Shown here in pieces: positions 40,215 through 49,842 of a stretch of 64,000 nucleotides of DNA (positions within the stretch are counted from its first letter, which is position 1; each line of letters begins with the position of its first letter). Position numbers and translations under genes: made by a program. The notes below the pieces were generated by a model that ran no database searches, was not told the DNA's origin, and was given only the letters and a program-made list of their open reading frames with translations. The stretch is from an uncultured virus (IMG/VR IMGVR_UViG_3300044643_002701) (Duplodnaviria; Heunggongvirae; Uroviricota; Caudoviricetes): the IMG/VR virus record IMGVR_UViG_3300044643_002701; one strand, given 5' to 3'.

Positions 40215-41468
40215 ATGTTGGAACTCTTGAGCTTTAAAGAGTATCAGAAAATTCTAAACTCTTTAGTAAATCATCATGCAGTTTTTTATCAATTTTGGAG
40301 GTTAGTAAAACCTAGATATTGTGAAACAATAGATACGGCTTGCGTTAGTTTTAACGCTGATGGCAAGTGTGTAGACTTCTTAATTAATAAAGATTTTTGG
40401 GACTCAATATCCGAAGAAAAAAAACAATTTGTTATTTGTCATGAATGCATGCATGTAATTAATTCGCACGGCAAACGCATTGCTAAAAAGTTTGACCAAC
40501 ATGCCGAACAAGCAAATTGTGCTATGGATATAGTGGTAAATGAATCATTAATAAAGTATTTTGGCTTTAATAAAACCTCAATAGATCCCAAGAACGAATA
40601 TGCTTGGTTTGATTCTTTTTTTAAAGATAGGAATGACATTGCAAAAAACAATAGTTTCGAATATTATCTAAATAAAATTATAGAAGAAAATATACAAGTA
40701 CCACAAGATTCGCGGTCTTATGTAAATAAGCACACTGGACTAAATATTCCTAATAAATTTGCACAAGAAATAATAAATGCCTTATCGGATGAAGAGGCAG
40801 ACGTTCTTAAAAACATTGCCGAACGAGCCGAAAATGGTAAAAAAGAAGATTCAAATGATAAAATCGCCGGAAGTGGTACTGGAGATTTGATTAAAACCTT
40901 GGACAAGAAACCCATGAAAAAGAAAAGCAAATGGGAATCTATTATTAAAAAGTTTGTTAAAAGTTTTGGGAAAGAAGAAACAGATGAATCTCACTGGCTA
41001 GTAAGAGATCGCAGAATGCACAACTTAAGCTCAAGCATATTTCTTCCATCTGAAGTAGAATGCGAAGTAAGGAAAACGAATAAAGATAAAATTAAAACTT
41101 ATTTCTTTATGGACACTAGCGGTTCTTGCGAAGGGTTGGCTCAACGTTTTTTTAATGCGGCCAAAAGCATCGACCCTAATAAATTTGATGTAGAATATTA
41201 CTGTTTTGATACCCAAGTATTTAAAGTAGATATTAAAAAAAATAAACTATTTGGCTTTGGTGGCACTAGCTTTAAATGTATAAGTGATTTTGTATATAAA
41301 CAAAAGAATGCAAATCCTTATGTTTGGGTATTGACAGATGGTTGGGGAGACTATCCCCCCATACCTGATAAAGAACAAGAAAAGTGGAGTTGGTTTTTAA
41401 CTAAAGATAATTGCCAAAGATACATTCCGAGAGGGTGTAAAACATATCTTTTAGAAAATTTTGAGTAG
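40215..41468 (+). CDS. Metallopeptidase-VWA protein (DUF2201-like)
   Basis: HECMH, ANCAMD, MIDAS DTSGS, GGTSF, LTDG. Confidence 0.8.
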   Translation: MLELLSFKEYQKILNSLVNHHAVFYQFWRLVKPRYCETIDTACVSFNADGKCVDFLINKDFWDSISEEKKQFVICHECMHVINSHGKRIAKKFDQHAEQANCAMDIVVNESLIKYFGFNKTSIDPKNEYAWFDSFFKDRNDIAKNNSFEYYLNKIIEENIQVPQDSRSYVNKHTGLNIPNKFAQEIINALSDEEADVLKNIAERAENGKKEDSNDKIAGSGTGDLIKTLDKKPMKKKSKWESIIKKFVKSFGKEETDESHWLVRDRRMHNLSSSIFLPSEVECEVRKTNKDKIKTYFFMDTSGSCEGLAQRFFNAAKSIDPNKFDVEYYCFDTQVFKVDIKKNKLFGFGGTSFKCISDFVYKQKNANPYVWVLTDGWGDYPPIPDKEQEKWSWFLTKDNCQRYIPRGCKTYLLENFE

Positions 41469-41502
41469 ACATATCATTCAAGATGTGATATATTGATTAG
41501 TA

Positions 41503-42537
41503 ATGAATCAATCATTTGAACAAATTGAGAAAAAACTTGTACAGTATTTAAAATTGGGCAAAAATGTCTTATTAGAAGGAAAGCATGGAACTGGCAAGAC
41601 GAGTCTTATTCAGAAAGTTTTTCAAGAAAACTGTAAAAATTGGTTGTATTTTTCTGGATCGACTTTAGATCCTTGGGTTGATTTTGTTGGCATTCCGAAA
41701 GAAATAAAAAAGAACGGAGAGAGCGTACTCTCGTTTGTTTTGCCAGAAAAAATGACAGATGATTCTATTGAGGCTATATTTATAGATGAATATAATCGCA
41801 GTCATAAAAAAATTCGTAATGCAACAATGGAGCTAATCCAATTCAAAAGCATTAATGGACGAAAGTTCCCTAATTTAAAAGTAGTTTGGGGCGCAATTAA
41901 CCCAAGCGATGACGAAGATGAGAGCTACGATGTAGAAACGCTAGACCCAGCACAGTCTGATCGTTTTCAAATACATATTAAAATACCATACATTCCAGAC
42001 TTTCAATATTTTGAAAATAAATTTGGCAAAAAAATGGCTATTGCCGCTATAGAATGGTGGGATGGTTTACCAAAAGAAGCTAGGCAACTCGTATCTCCTA
42101 GAAGGCTAGATTATGCCTTGGAGATTTATAACGAAGGTGGCGATATCTTTGACGTTCTAAAAGAACAAACAAACCCAACAAAACTATTGGTTACATTACA
42201 GGTTGGAAGTTTAGAGGGAAAGGTCAAGCAGCTTTTTGAAGAAAAAAGCGGCAAAGAAACAAGAGAGTTTTTTAAAAATGAGAACAACTTTCAAGGAGCA
42301 TTGCCAATTATTAAAAGAAACAAGGATTACCTAAAGTTTTTCTTACCACTAATCAATAACGAGCGCTTGGCGGCAGTATTTTTTTCTGATGATAAGTCTC
42401 AAAAATATATACTAGAAAATTCTCAAATGTTTAAAGAGGCCCTAGAAGAGATATCAAAACTTAAGGCTATAGACCCACTCGTGCTATCTAAGATAAACCA
42501 CTCGCTTAAAAAAATTGGTAACGTACAGTATTTTTAG
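41503..42537 (+). CDS. MoxR-like AAA+ ATPase
   Basis: GKHGTGKT, FIDEYNR, GAINP, LDPAQSDRF, SPRR. Confidence 0.85.
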   Translation: MNQSFEQIEKKLVQYLKLGKNVLLEGKHGTGKTSLIQKVFQENCKNWLYFSGSTLDPWVDFVGIPKEIKKNGESVLSFVLPEKMTDDSIEAIFIDEYNRSHKKIRNATMELIQFKSINGRKFPNLKVVWGAINPSDDEDESYDVETLDPAQSDRFQIHIKIPYIPDFQYFENKFGKKMAIAAIEWWDGLPKEARQLVSPRRLDYALEIYNEGGDIFDVLKEQTNPTKLLVTLQVGSLEGKVKQLFEEKSGKETREFFKNENNFQGALPIIKRNKDYLKFFLPLINNERLAAVFFSDDKSQKYILENSQMFKEALEEISKLKAIDPLVLSKINHSLKKIGNVQYF

Positions 42538-42746
42538 AAATTTAAAATATTTCTAAAGAAAGACCAAACTGCTAAACCAGTGAGTCCATAAGAACCTATC
42601 ATTGCCGCACCAACGGTAGCCCCAATAGCTACATATAATAAAGTGAATAAAAGAGCAATTATACTCAATATAAGTAATAAATCAAAAACTGTACAAATAG
42701 CCCTGATTTTTCTCCTTTTGCTAATTGCTGTAATATTTTTTTGCAT
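42534..42746 (-). CDS. Small two-TM membrane protein
   Basis: Two hydrophobic helices. Confidence 0.45.
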   Translation of the reverse strand: MQKNITAISKRRKIRAICTVFDLLLILSIIALLFTLLYVAIGATVGAAMIGSYGLTGLAVWSFFRNILNF

Positions 42747-42750
42747 TTTA

Positions 42751-43077
42751 TTAATTTTTTATTTGTTCAGCAAGACGCAATAAGACTGCGGCGGTTTTTT
42801 CTAAGTCTCTAATTCTGTTGTCAATAACCTGTAATTGGGCAGTTTGCGTAGCATCTATTTGGTTTTTAATCTCTAGTTGCGCTAATACCAACTCAATTTT
42901 TTGAACCCTTGAGTCCATGCGCTCAAATTGCGCTCTACTGGTATAGTTCTGTTGCAAATACAAATTTGCCGCCATAAAGGCCAGAACAGAAATTTTCCAT
43001 ATATTATCTACTGAAAAAATACCATCTAACTTTGATTTCTTTACAAAATCACTAGTACCTGCAGAATTAATAGACAT
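42751..43077 (-). CDS. TM plus coiled-coil protein (possibly holin/lysis-related)
   Basis: One hydrophobic helix then coiled coil; ATGTAAATATATAC directly upstream. Confidence 0.4.
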   Translation of the reverse strand: MSINSAGTSDFVKKSKLDGIFSVDNIWKISVLAFMAANLYLQQNYTSRAQFERMDSRVQKIELVLAQLEIKNQIDATQTAQLQVIDNRIRDLEKTAAVLLRLAEQIKN

Positions 43078-43213
43078 GTATATATTTACATTTAAATAAA
43101 ACCAATTAACAATTTAATTGTACTTTTTATTAAAAATTACTGAATAATCCACAACATATAGAAGAATAATTATATTATTGCCTTATCTTTAAATAAAGAG
43201 CATATATATAAAT

Positions 43214-43732
43214 ATGCACTATCAAAACAAAGTCAAGGAATTCATGAAGGTTTTTGGTCAAGACTGTCCTGATATCCCAACAATTCCAGATATAAATACT
43301 AGAATTTTAAGAGTAAAGCTTCTTCTGGAAGAGGTATTAGAGCTTGCTGAGGCAAGTGGGGTAGAGATAATTGATACGTTCAATGCGCCGCTAGACACAA
43401 GCTCAATCAAAACTAATAAAATTAAATTCAAAGAAATCGAAAATTCCACCACATCCCTAGTTGGAGTGGCCGATGCGCTTGCGGACATTTCCTACGTTAA
43501 TTACGGCGCAGCAAATGCCTATGGAATAAACATAGAGCCAATAGAAGAAGAGGTTCACAGGTCAAATATGACCAAGTTATTCTCCTCAGATGAAATAAGC
43601 AAGCTGGATCAGAATAATTTTAAAATCACCAAGATTAGGGATAATCAGTTTTTAGTTAAGTCACTTGATGGCAAGGTACAAAAAAGCCCAAGCTATTCTC
43701 CAGCTGATATAGACACTCTATTAACCAAGTAA
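43214..43732 (+). CDS. MazG-like NTP pyrophosphohydrolase
   Basis: VKEFM..FGQ, LLLEEVLEL, DALADISYV, VHRSNMTK, DGKVQK. Confidence 0.8.
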   Translation: MHYQNKVKEFMKVFGQDCPDIPTIPDINTRILRVKLLLEEVLELAEASGVEIIDTFNAPLDTSSIKTNKIKFKEIENSTTSLVGVADALADISYVNYGAANAYGINIEPIEEEVHRSNMTKLFSSDEISKLDQNNFKITKIRDNQFLVKSLDGKVQKSPSYSPADIDTLLTK

Positions 43733-43751
43733 CTAATATTATAAAAACTTA

Positions 43752-44396
43752 ATGAAAGTAGAACTTTTAAACCATTTTGGTGACGATTTAATGATAGCTA
43801 ATATCGCTAGAGTGTCTTATGATAAAGAAAGTGCCGAACTATCGGAAAAAGATGAGAAATTAATTAAATTTTTAGCAGAGCACAAACATACTTCACCATT
43901 TAGACACGCACAGCTTCAATTTAGAATTCAATGCCCTATATTCGTAGAGCGACAATTGTTTACGCATCAAATAGGCTGGGCTAGAAATAGTATTTCTGGC
44001 AGATATGTTGACTTTTCTGATTCATATGATGTGCCAACTAAGCTAAGATACCAATCTAAAAGTAGTAAACAGGGTAGTGATGGAGAGTTATCCGATACAG
44101 ATAATAAGTATTTTCAAGAAAAAATACAAAACATAATTAACATTTCTAAAGACTTGTATAAAGAAATGAGTAATTTTGGCATCGCCAAGGAACTTTGCAG
44201 GGTTCATCTACCATTAGCCCTAGAGACAAAATTTATTTGGACTGGTAGTTTTCAAGCATTTATACATCTTTGTTCACTACGTTTAAAAAACGATACGCAA
44301 AAAGAAACTAGAGAAATAGTAACAGAAATGCTCATACTTACTAAACTTATTAAAGGCAACCCATTTAAATACTCTCTTAGAGCATTTGATTTATGA
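43752..44396 (+). CDS. thyX: FAD-dependent thymidylate synthase
   Basis: ARVSY, HTSPF, RQLFTH, NSISGRY, LR..TQKETR. Confidence 0.92.
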   Translation: MKVELLNHFGDDLMIANIARVSYDKESAELSEKDEKLIKFLAEHKHTSPFRHAQLQFRIQCPIFVERQLFTHQIGWARNSISGRYVDFSDSYDVPTKLRYQSKSSKQGSDGELSDTDNKYFQEKIQNIINISKDLYKEMSNFGIAKELCRVHLPLALETKFIWTGSFQAFIHLCSLRLKNDTQKETREIVTEMLILTKLIKGNPFKYSLRAFDL

Positions 44397-44479
44397 GCTT
44401 TAGTTAGATAGATATTATTTATAATATAAAATCTTTTATGGATTATTTGTTCATATCTGTTAAAATATTTTAACAATAC

Positions 44480-44917
44480 ATGACAATGGAAGATGAACAG
44501 TTGGGGTTAGTTAACAATTTAATTGTGAATATTTTATTTTGCGCTACCCCAAAATCTCCTGTTACTATTAGTAGAAATAAAAAAATTATAAAAAACGCAT
44601 TTTATAATATATTTGGCTTATACATAAAAAATACTAGCCAATACGTAGTTTTTGTTAAGATATTCACTATTTCTAGCAGAAAATATAGCAATAATTCACA
44701 TGTTAATATGAAACATAATGATACACTTGTTTTCGATACAAAAGAACAAGTTTTCTCCTATCTTTCCAGTTTTATAGCTGATATCGAAGAACACGAACGT
44801 TTTTTAAACGAAGATATCGTAAATAATGACAATATTACTGGCGCAAAAGCGGTCTTTTTAATGACCGAATGGCAAAAAATTATAACAGACTACTTTAATA
44901 AAAAAAGCAATTGGTGA
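44480..44917 (+). CDS. Hypothetical protein
   Basis: 145 aa ORF. Confidence 0.4.
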   Translation: MTMEDEQLGLVNNLIVNILFCATPKSPVTISRNKKIIKNAFYNIFGLYIKNTSQYVVFVKIFTISSRKYSNNSHVNMKHNDTLVFDTKEQVFSYLSSFIADIEEHERFLNEDIVNNDNITGAKAVFLMTEWQKIITDYFNKKSNW

Positions 44918-44920
44918 AAA

Positions 44921-45265
44921 CTAGTTCTGCAAGCTAGCGTAACCCCAAATATTATTACCACTCACGTTGCTGTAAAGTCTAATGTGACTTACTGGAGAGT
45001 CCATAAAGGCAGCCGGGGCATAACCAGAACCAACACTAGTAAACTCATATAAATCAACACCTTCGGCAGCGCCACCAACACCGAAAACTGGCGATCCACT
45101 TAGGGCAGTCCTTGTTTGAAGGTCAACAGGAACGACTCCGGTTCTGTTACCATATACCACAAGCATGATATTTCTAGCAGCTGAAACGTTAACCCACTCA
45201 CCAGTAAAAGGGGTGGCCTGTCCTGTTGCTAAACTTACTGTTCCGATAAATGAAGAGGCTGGCAT
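44921..45265 (-). CDS. Small S/T-G-rich protein, probably structural
   Basis: Beta-rich composition; GTGTAATATTTATAT immediately upstream of the ATG. Confidence 0.5.
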   Translation of the reverse strand: MPASSFIGTVSLATGQATPFTGEWVNVSAARNIMLVVYGNRTGVVPVDLQTRTALSGSPVFGVGGAAEGVDLYEFTSVGSGYAPAAFMDSPVSHIRLYSNVSGNNIWGYASLQN

Positions 45266-45318
45266 ATATAAATATTACACACGATTTTGAAATTTACCTA
45301 TAAATTCATATAATTTAT

Positions 45319-46530
45319 ATGAAAAAAGAAAATAATACTATTTTCATACAGATAGCTTCATACAGAGATCCAGAACTGCTTCCTACAATAAGAGATTGTA
45401 TTAATAAGGCAAAATATCCAAATAACTTAACATTTGGAATTTGCTGGCAGAGAGATGAGGCGGAGTCATTAGAGGAATTTGAACAAGATAAGAGATTTAA
45501 AATCATAAATATTCCTTGGAACGAAAGCAAGGGGTTATGTTGGGCTAGAAGTTTAATACAAAAACTTTGGAATGGTGAAAAATATACAATGCAATTAGAC
45601 TCTCATCATAGGTTTTTACAAAATTGGGACGTAGAACTTATTGAAATGATGAAGATGACAGGCTCAAAAAAACCAATCATTACATCATATGCTGGAATGT
45701 ACAAACCCAGCACGAACGAGTTACTCAATATAGAGCCATATAAAATGGTTGCAAATAAATTCACTCCTTCTGGGACTATTCTTTTTTATCCACACCCAAT
45801 ACCACAATGGAAAGAACTTAAATCTCCAATACCAGCACGTTTTGTAAGTGGCCATTTTTATTTTACTATTGGCGCGCATTGTTTTGAGTATAAATATGAT
45901 CCTAATTTATATTTTGCCGGAGATGAGATAAGCTTAAGCATACGCTCATTCACGTTGGGATATGATTTATTTCACCCACATAAAACAGTAGTTTGGCATG
46001 AATATACAAGAGAAGGTAGAACTAAGCACTGGACTGATTTTAACGAAGAAAATAAAAAAACAGGAAAGATAGAAAAACAATGGTGGGAAATGGACGTAGA
46101 AAGCAAGAGGAGACTTCGGCATATGTTGAGAGAAGAGGACAATCAAATAAATTTAGGAGAATATGATTTAGGGACGGTAAGAGCACATAATGATTACGAA
46201 CTATATGCAGGCATTAACTTCAAAAATAGAAAGCTACACGCTGACACTATTAAGGGGATAAATCCACCTATTAATGATGCTTCAGAATGGTATAAACTAG
46301 AAAAGCAGTCTTATAATTTAAATCTTAACATACCAAATACAGACAATTTTCAATTCATTTATGTTGGAGTTGAAGACGAAAGTGGCAATGTAATTCATAG
46401 AGAAGATCTCTATACCTATAAAGAATTATTAAATATACAATTCGAATCTTATAGCCCTCCATATAAATGGGTGTACTGGCCAGTTGATAATAATGGTAAC
46501 TGGCATAACAGAAAAGATACTATCTTATGA
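45319..46530 (+). CDS. GT60-type GlcNAc transferase (Skp1 hydroxyproline GlcNAcT-like)
   Basis: IFIQIASYRDPEL, GLCWAR, QLDSHHRF..WD, FAGDEI..R.FT.GYD. Confidence 0.8.
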   Translation: MKKENNTIFIQIASYRDPELLPTIRDCINKAKYPNNLTFGICWQRDEAESLEEFEQDKRFKIINIPWNESKGLCWARSLIQKLWNGEKYTMQLDSHHRFLQNWDVELIEMMKMTGSKKPIITSYAGMYKPSTNELLNIEPYKMVANKFTPSGTILFYPHPIPQWKELKSPIPARFVSGHFYFTIGAHCFEYKYDPNLYFAGDEISLSIRSFTLGYDLFHPHKTVVWHEYTREGRTKHWTDFNEENKKTGKIEKQWWEMDVESKRRLRHMLREEDNQINLGEYDLGTVRAHNDYELYAGINFKNRKLHADTIKGINPPINDASEWYKLEKQSYNLNLNIPNTDNFQFIYVGVEDESGNVIHREDLYTYKELLNIQFESYSPPYKWVYWPVDNNGNWHNRKDTIL

Positions 46531-46946
46531 AAAAAATTACCGCACAAAAAATATTGAGAAATATATGTGTGGATTATTCTATAAAAATACGTTTTCAAAA
46601 AAAATTAAAAAACGATACGGGGGCAGTAGTCGATGGATTGTGTTCAATTTCTCCAGAAAAACGGGTTATTTATATTAATAAAAGCTTTTGTAATAATAGA
46701 ATGGCCTCTGCCGTATTTCACGAGCTTGGACACATGTATTGCATGGATCATGGTATATGGAAAAAATTTCACGAAGAAACCGTTTCACCAGAAATTGCTT
46801 TTAAAGTGGAAAATTGGATAGAATGGTGGGCAAAAAAAGAATGGGACTCAAGAAAGATGAGAAAATTATTCGGCCATTACAGTTTCTCCTATTCCAAATC
46901 AAGAGAAAAAGAAATATTGCGGTGGTTGAAAAAGCATTACAATTAA
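46527..46946 (+). CDS. ImmA/IrrE-like Zn metallopeptidase
   Basis: DGLC..IYIN..FHELGH..E. Confidence 0.6.
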   Translation: MKKITAQKILRNICVDYSIKIRFQKKLKNDTGAVVDGLCSISPEKRVIYINKSFCNNRMASAVFHELGHMYCMDHGIWKKFHEETVSPEIAFKVENWIEWWAKKEWDSRKMRKLFGHYSFSYSKSREKEILRWLKKHYN

Positions 46947-46988
46947 AATTGTGTTGACTTTTTATAAAATTTTAATGATCTTCAATAA

Positions 46989-47777
46989 ATGCGAAGCGTT
47001 ATTGCAATAGGAGATATTCACAACCATTGGGTTGAGGCCGAGGCTATTGCATCGAAGTATGATGCAACGCATACCGTTGTCTTTACTGGAGATTATTTTG
47101 ATAACTTCGGTGACTCCGCCGTTGACGCAGATCAGACTGCTCGTTGGCTAAAGACATCACTAGGTAAATCTAATCGAGTTCATTTGATGGGTAATCATGA
47201 CATTAATTATTCCTATTTCAACTTGAGACATGGTTCCAGACTTGGTGATCAGATCTATAATTGCTCAGGTTATTCACCAGCTAAGGACGACGCTATCAAT
47301 AGGATCATGTCTAATGAGGACTGGAATAGGGTTAGGCTTGCACATAAGCAGAATGGCTTTTGGTTTTCTCATGCTGGGTTTCATCCTTTCTGGTTCTCTA
47401 GTCCTCCTTATGGTATGGATGATGAGATCATTGAGATTAAACTCAAGAAGATTCAAAAGGCTATTGAGGATAGAGAGTTCAGTAATGAGCTTGGTGCTGC
47501 CGGAAGGTGCAGGGGTGGCATTCACCGAGTTGGCGGATTGCTTTGGAGAGACCAAAGACAGGAGTCATATACTGGTTCTTATTGGAATGATGAGTCTGGT
47601 ATTAAACAAGTATGTGGTCATACTCCTATGAGAAATGGTATTGATATTGAAGAGACTCGAAACAAAGGTCTCTGTATTGATATTGATTGTGGATTGTCTC
47701 AGGTGCTTGAAATCCTAGAAGATGGTACATATAGCATCATTGACACTGGGCTTGAGAACTTTTATAAAAAACAATAA
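46989..47777 (+). CDS. Calcineurin-like metallophosphoesterase
   Basis: GDIH, GDYFD, GNHD, SHAG, GHTP. Confidence 0.85.
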   Translation: MRSVIAIGDIHNHWVEAEAIASKYDATHTVVFTGDYFDNFGDSAVDADQTARWLKTSLGKSNRVHLMGNHDINYSYFNLRHGSRLGDQIYNCSGYSPAKDDAINRIMSNEDWNRVRLAHKQNGFWFSHAGFHPFWFSSPPYGMDDEIIEIKLKKIQKAIEDREFSNELGAAGRCRGGIHRVGGLLWRDQRQESYTGSYWNDESGIKQVCGHTPMRNGIDIEETRNKGLCIDIDCGLSQVLEILEDGTYSIIDTGLENFYKKQ

Positions 47778-47788
47778 ATAAACGAATC

Positions 47789-48184
47789 ATGAAGAAAATA
47801 ATCAAACCAAAATCATTTGAAGAGGCAATTTACTTCTCAGACTTTACAGGCCAACCTTTTGATTCTAATTTTAGACACCCTCCTGTAGAGCTTAAGATGA
47901 CATTTAACTATGGATCAATTTATGATCAGTCTGAAGTTACTTTGCATTTGTCTGATAAGGACATGGGGCCTATTTTAGATCTTATTCAATCTAAGCTGAA
48001 TGCCGATTATAAGAAGGATCTCCAACAGACGTTAGATTACAATAATGAGGAATTAGATATGGCTATGGATTCAAGAGATCCAAAGATGTGTGAATATTAT
48101 ATTTCTTGCAATAGTCTTATTAGGAAGCTCTTAGGTCGAACAGATTCAACTGATTTTATTTCTGAAGATAGAGATAGAGGATGA
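47789..48184 (+). CDS. Hypothetical protein
   Basis: 131 aa ORF. Confidence 0.55.
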   Translation: MKKIIKPKSFEEAIYFSDFTGQPFDSNFRHPPVELKMTFNYGSIYDQSEVTLHLSDKDMGPILDLIQSKLNADYKKDLQQTLDYNNEELDMAMDSRDPKMCEYYISCNSLIRKLLGRTDSTDFISEDRDRG

Positions 48185-48603
48185 ATAGGCCTGTTATAGT
48201 ATTTGATTTTGACTACACTTTAGCCATTGAAGAAGTGTCTGGAGGGTGGATTGCTGTAGGCACAGGTGTTCTAAAGCCTATTCAAAAGATTGTTGATATG
48301 GTTCAAGAGAAAGATAAAGAAGGATTTGATTGTCATATTGTAACCTATCGAAAAGAAGAAGATATCCTAGAAGTAGAAGAGTTTGTAAAGAAGCACAATT
48401 TGCCTATTAAGGGTATTCATAGCACATCAGGAAGATCAAAGATTCCTATTCTAAAGAAGCTCAATTGTACATTAATGATTGATGATCAGGTAGAAGTCTG
48501 TACAGCTTGTATCATGAATGATATTCCCTGCTTACTTGTTGATCATGGGTTCTCTGGAACAAATAATGTTGTTGCTGATAGAATGGATAAAATCAAAGTT
48601 TAG
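48181..48603 (+). CDS. HAD-family phosphatase
   Basis: FDFDYTL, VTYR, K, IDD. Confidence 0.7.
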   Translation: MNRPVIVFDFDYTLAIEEVSGGWIAVGTGVLKPIQKIVDMVQEKDKEGFDCHIVTYRKEEDILEVEEFVKKHNLPIKGIHSTSGRSKIPILKKLNCTLMIDDQVEVCTACIMNDIPCLLVDHGFSGTNNVVADRMDKIKV

Positions 48604-48634
48604 GCTTGAAGTGTCCTAAAATTTCCTATAGACT
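48599..48634 (+). repeat. Promoter cassette A, copy 1
   Basis: TTTAGGCTTGAAGTGTCCTAAAA (23 bp) identical at 48894-48916; TTGAAG-N17-TAGACT; ATG 48641. Confidence 0.8.
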
Positions 48635-48640
48635 TTATAT

Positions 48641-48898
48641 ATGGCTAAGAACATCTGGAAAGAAGCAATCATTGAAGAGCTGATGACCACTGGTATCTAT
48701 ACTGAAGAGTGGGCAAAGGATCCTAAGAAGGCTTTACACCATCTTGCCTGTTGGCATACTGAGTGTGGAATGCATTTTGCTGAAGAAGAAAGAAAGAGAA
48801 ATAGTCTCAAGTTTAAGTTGGAGAAACTTTGGTATAAGACACCATTCCCTTATTGGGTCTGGAAGTACAAGTATAGGAACAATCAGCCTCCTTTTTAG
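48641..48898 (+). CDS. Hypothetical protein
   Basis: 85 aa, flanked by the two cassette A copies. Confidence 0.6.
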   Translation: MAKNIWKEAIIEELMTTGIYTEEWAKDPKKALHHLACWHTECGMHFAEEERKRNSLKFKLEKLWYKTPFPYWVWKYKYRNNQPPF

Positions 48899-48929
48899 GC
48901 TTGAAGTGTCCTAAAAATTCCCATACACT
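48894..48929 (+). repeat. Promoter cassette A, copy 2
   Basis: Same 23-mer; TTGAAG-N17-TACACT; ATG 48936. Confidence 0.8.
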
Positions 48930-48935
48930 ATAGAA

Positions 48936-49166
48936 ATGAATAAAGAAAAAGAAGTTGTAGCATTGACTAAAGAGATTTGTCAAGAGGAGGATACAAATGG
49001 TAGGTCCAATGAGGAGCATCAGTTTCTAAAGATTGAAACTGTGAGTAATGGATGTGCTTCTTATATTGTTATTGAAACAGAAAGATGGGCAATTGATGAT
49101 AGAGAGGATTGGATAGCTTTGTGGGATAAACATATTGAACCAATGTCTCAGGAGGTAAACAAATGA
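48936..49166 (+). CDS. Hypothetical protein
   Basis: 76 aa with its own promoter. Confidence 0.6.
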   Translation: MNKEKEVVALTKEICQEEDTNGRSNEEHQFLKIETVSNGCASYIVIETERWAIDDREDWIALWDKHIEPMSQEVNK

Positions 49167-49259
49167 GCATTAAAATTAGAATCAATCAAGTAGAGTTTAG
49201 GAACAATTGTAACTTTAACCCATCTATTGATAGGGGAGAGTCTCAAGAGGTAAAATTAT

Positions 49260-49517
49260 ATGCACAAAAAAGATTATAAGATTGGGTCGTTTAAATTTCT
49301 TCAAGCAGGGAGTCATTTTGACTATGCTCAAGTATCTAACAAGAAAGGAGAAGTTATCTCAATATTTTTAGATCCAAGAGATGATACTTGGTATTTACTT
49401 CATGATTCGAACACAAAATTTAATGTTGTGAACTTGAATAGGTTTGTTGAAGAGCCATTCTATAGATATAAGAAGGATCAAAGAGCAAAAGAGGCTCTAC
49501 AGGAGTTTAATTCTTGA
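49260..49517 (+). CDS. Hypothetical protein
   Basis: 85 aa; GAGGT upstream. Confidence 0.55.
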   Translation: MHKKDYKIGSFKFLQAGSHFDYAQVSNKKGEVISIFLDPRDDTWYLLHDSNTKFNVVNLNRFVEEPFYRYKKDQRAKEALQEFNS

Positions 49518-49554
49518 CACCTCCTCTTAAAGCATATAGAATAAGATTATGAAT
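49513..49554 (+). repeat. Promoter cassette B, copy 1
   Basis: 39/42 identical to 56783-56824; TTGACA-N17-TAGAAT-N6-ATG. Confidence 0.85.
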
Positions 49555-49839
49555 GAGCCAAAGTATACAATTGTTTACGATGAGATGTCCTGCTATGACT
49601 GGGGGTACTCTATTAATGGTGTATGGAGAAGTGGAGAAGTGGATGAAGGTGTTAAACAACCTGAAGAAGATGACGAGCTTCTTGACTATCTTCTTCTAAA
49701 ACTAAAAGAAGGAATTAAGGATGGTACTTGTTCATTTATGAATCTTGTAGAATGCTTTCAATCAGATGATACAGAATTTGCAAAACATTCCTGTGATGAT
49801 TGTGGTCATTCTGGACACAGAACAACTTGGAAGATTTAA
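49549..49839 (+). CDS. Hypothetical acidic protein with CxxC
   Basis: 96 aa with its own promoter. Confidence 0.6.
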   Translation: MNEPKYTIVYDEMSCYDWGYSINGVWRSGEVDEGVKQPEEDDELLDYLLLKLKEGIKDGTCSFMNLVECFQSDDTEFAKHSCDDCGHSGHRTTWKI

Positions 49840-49842
49840 ATT

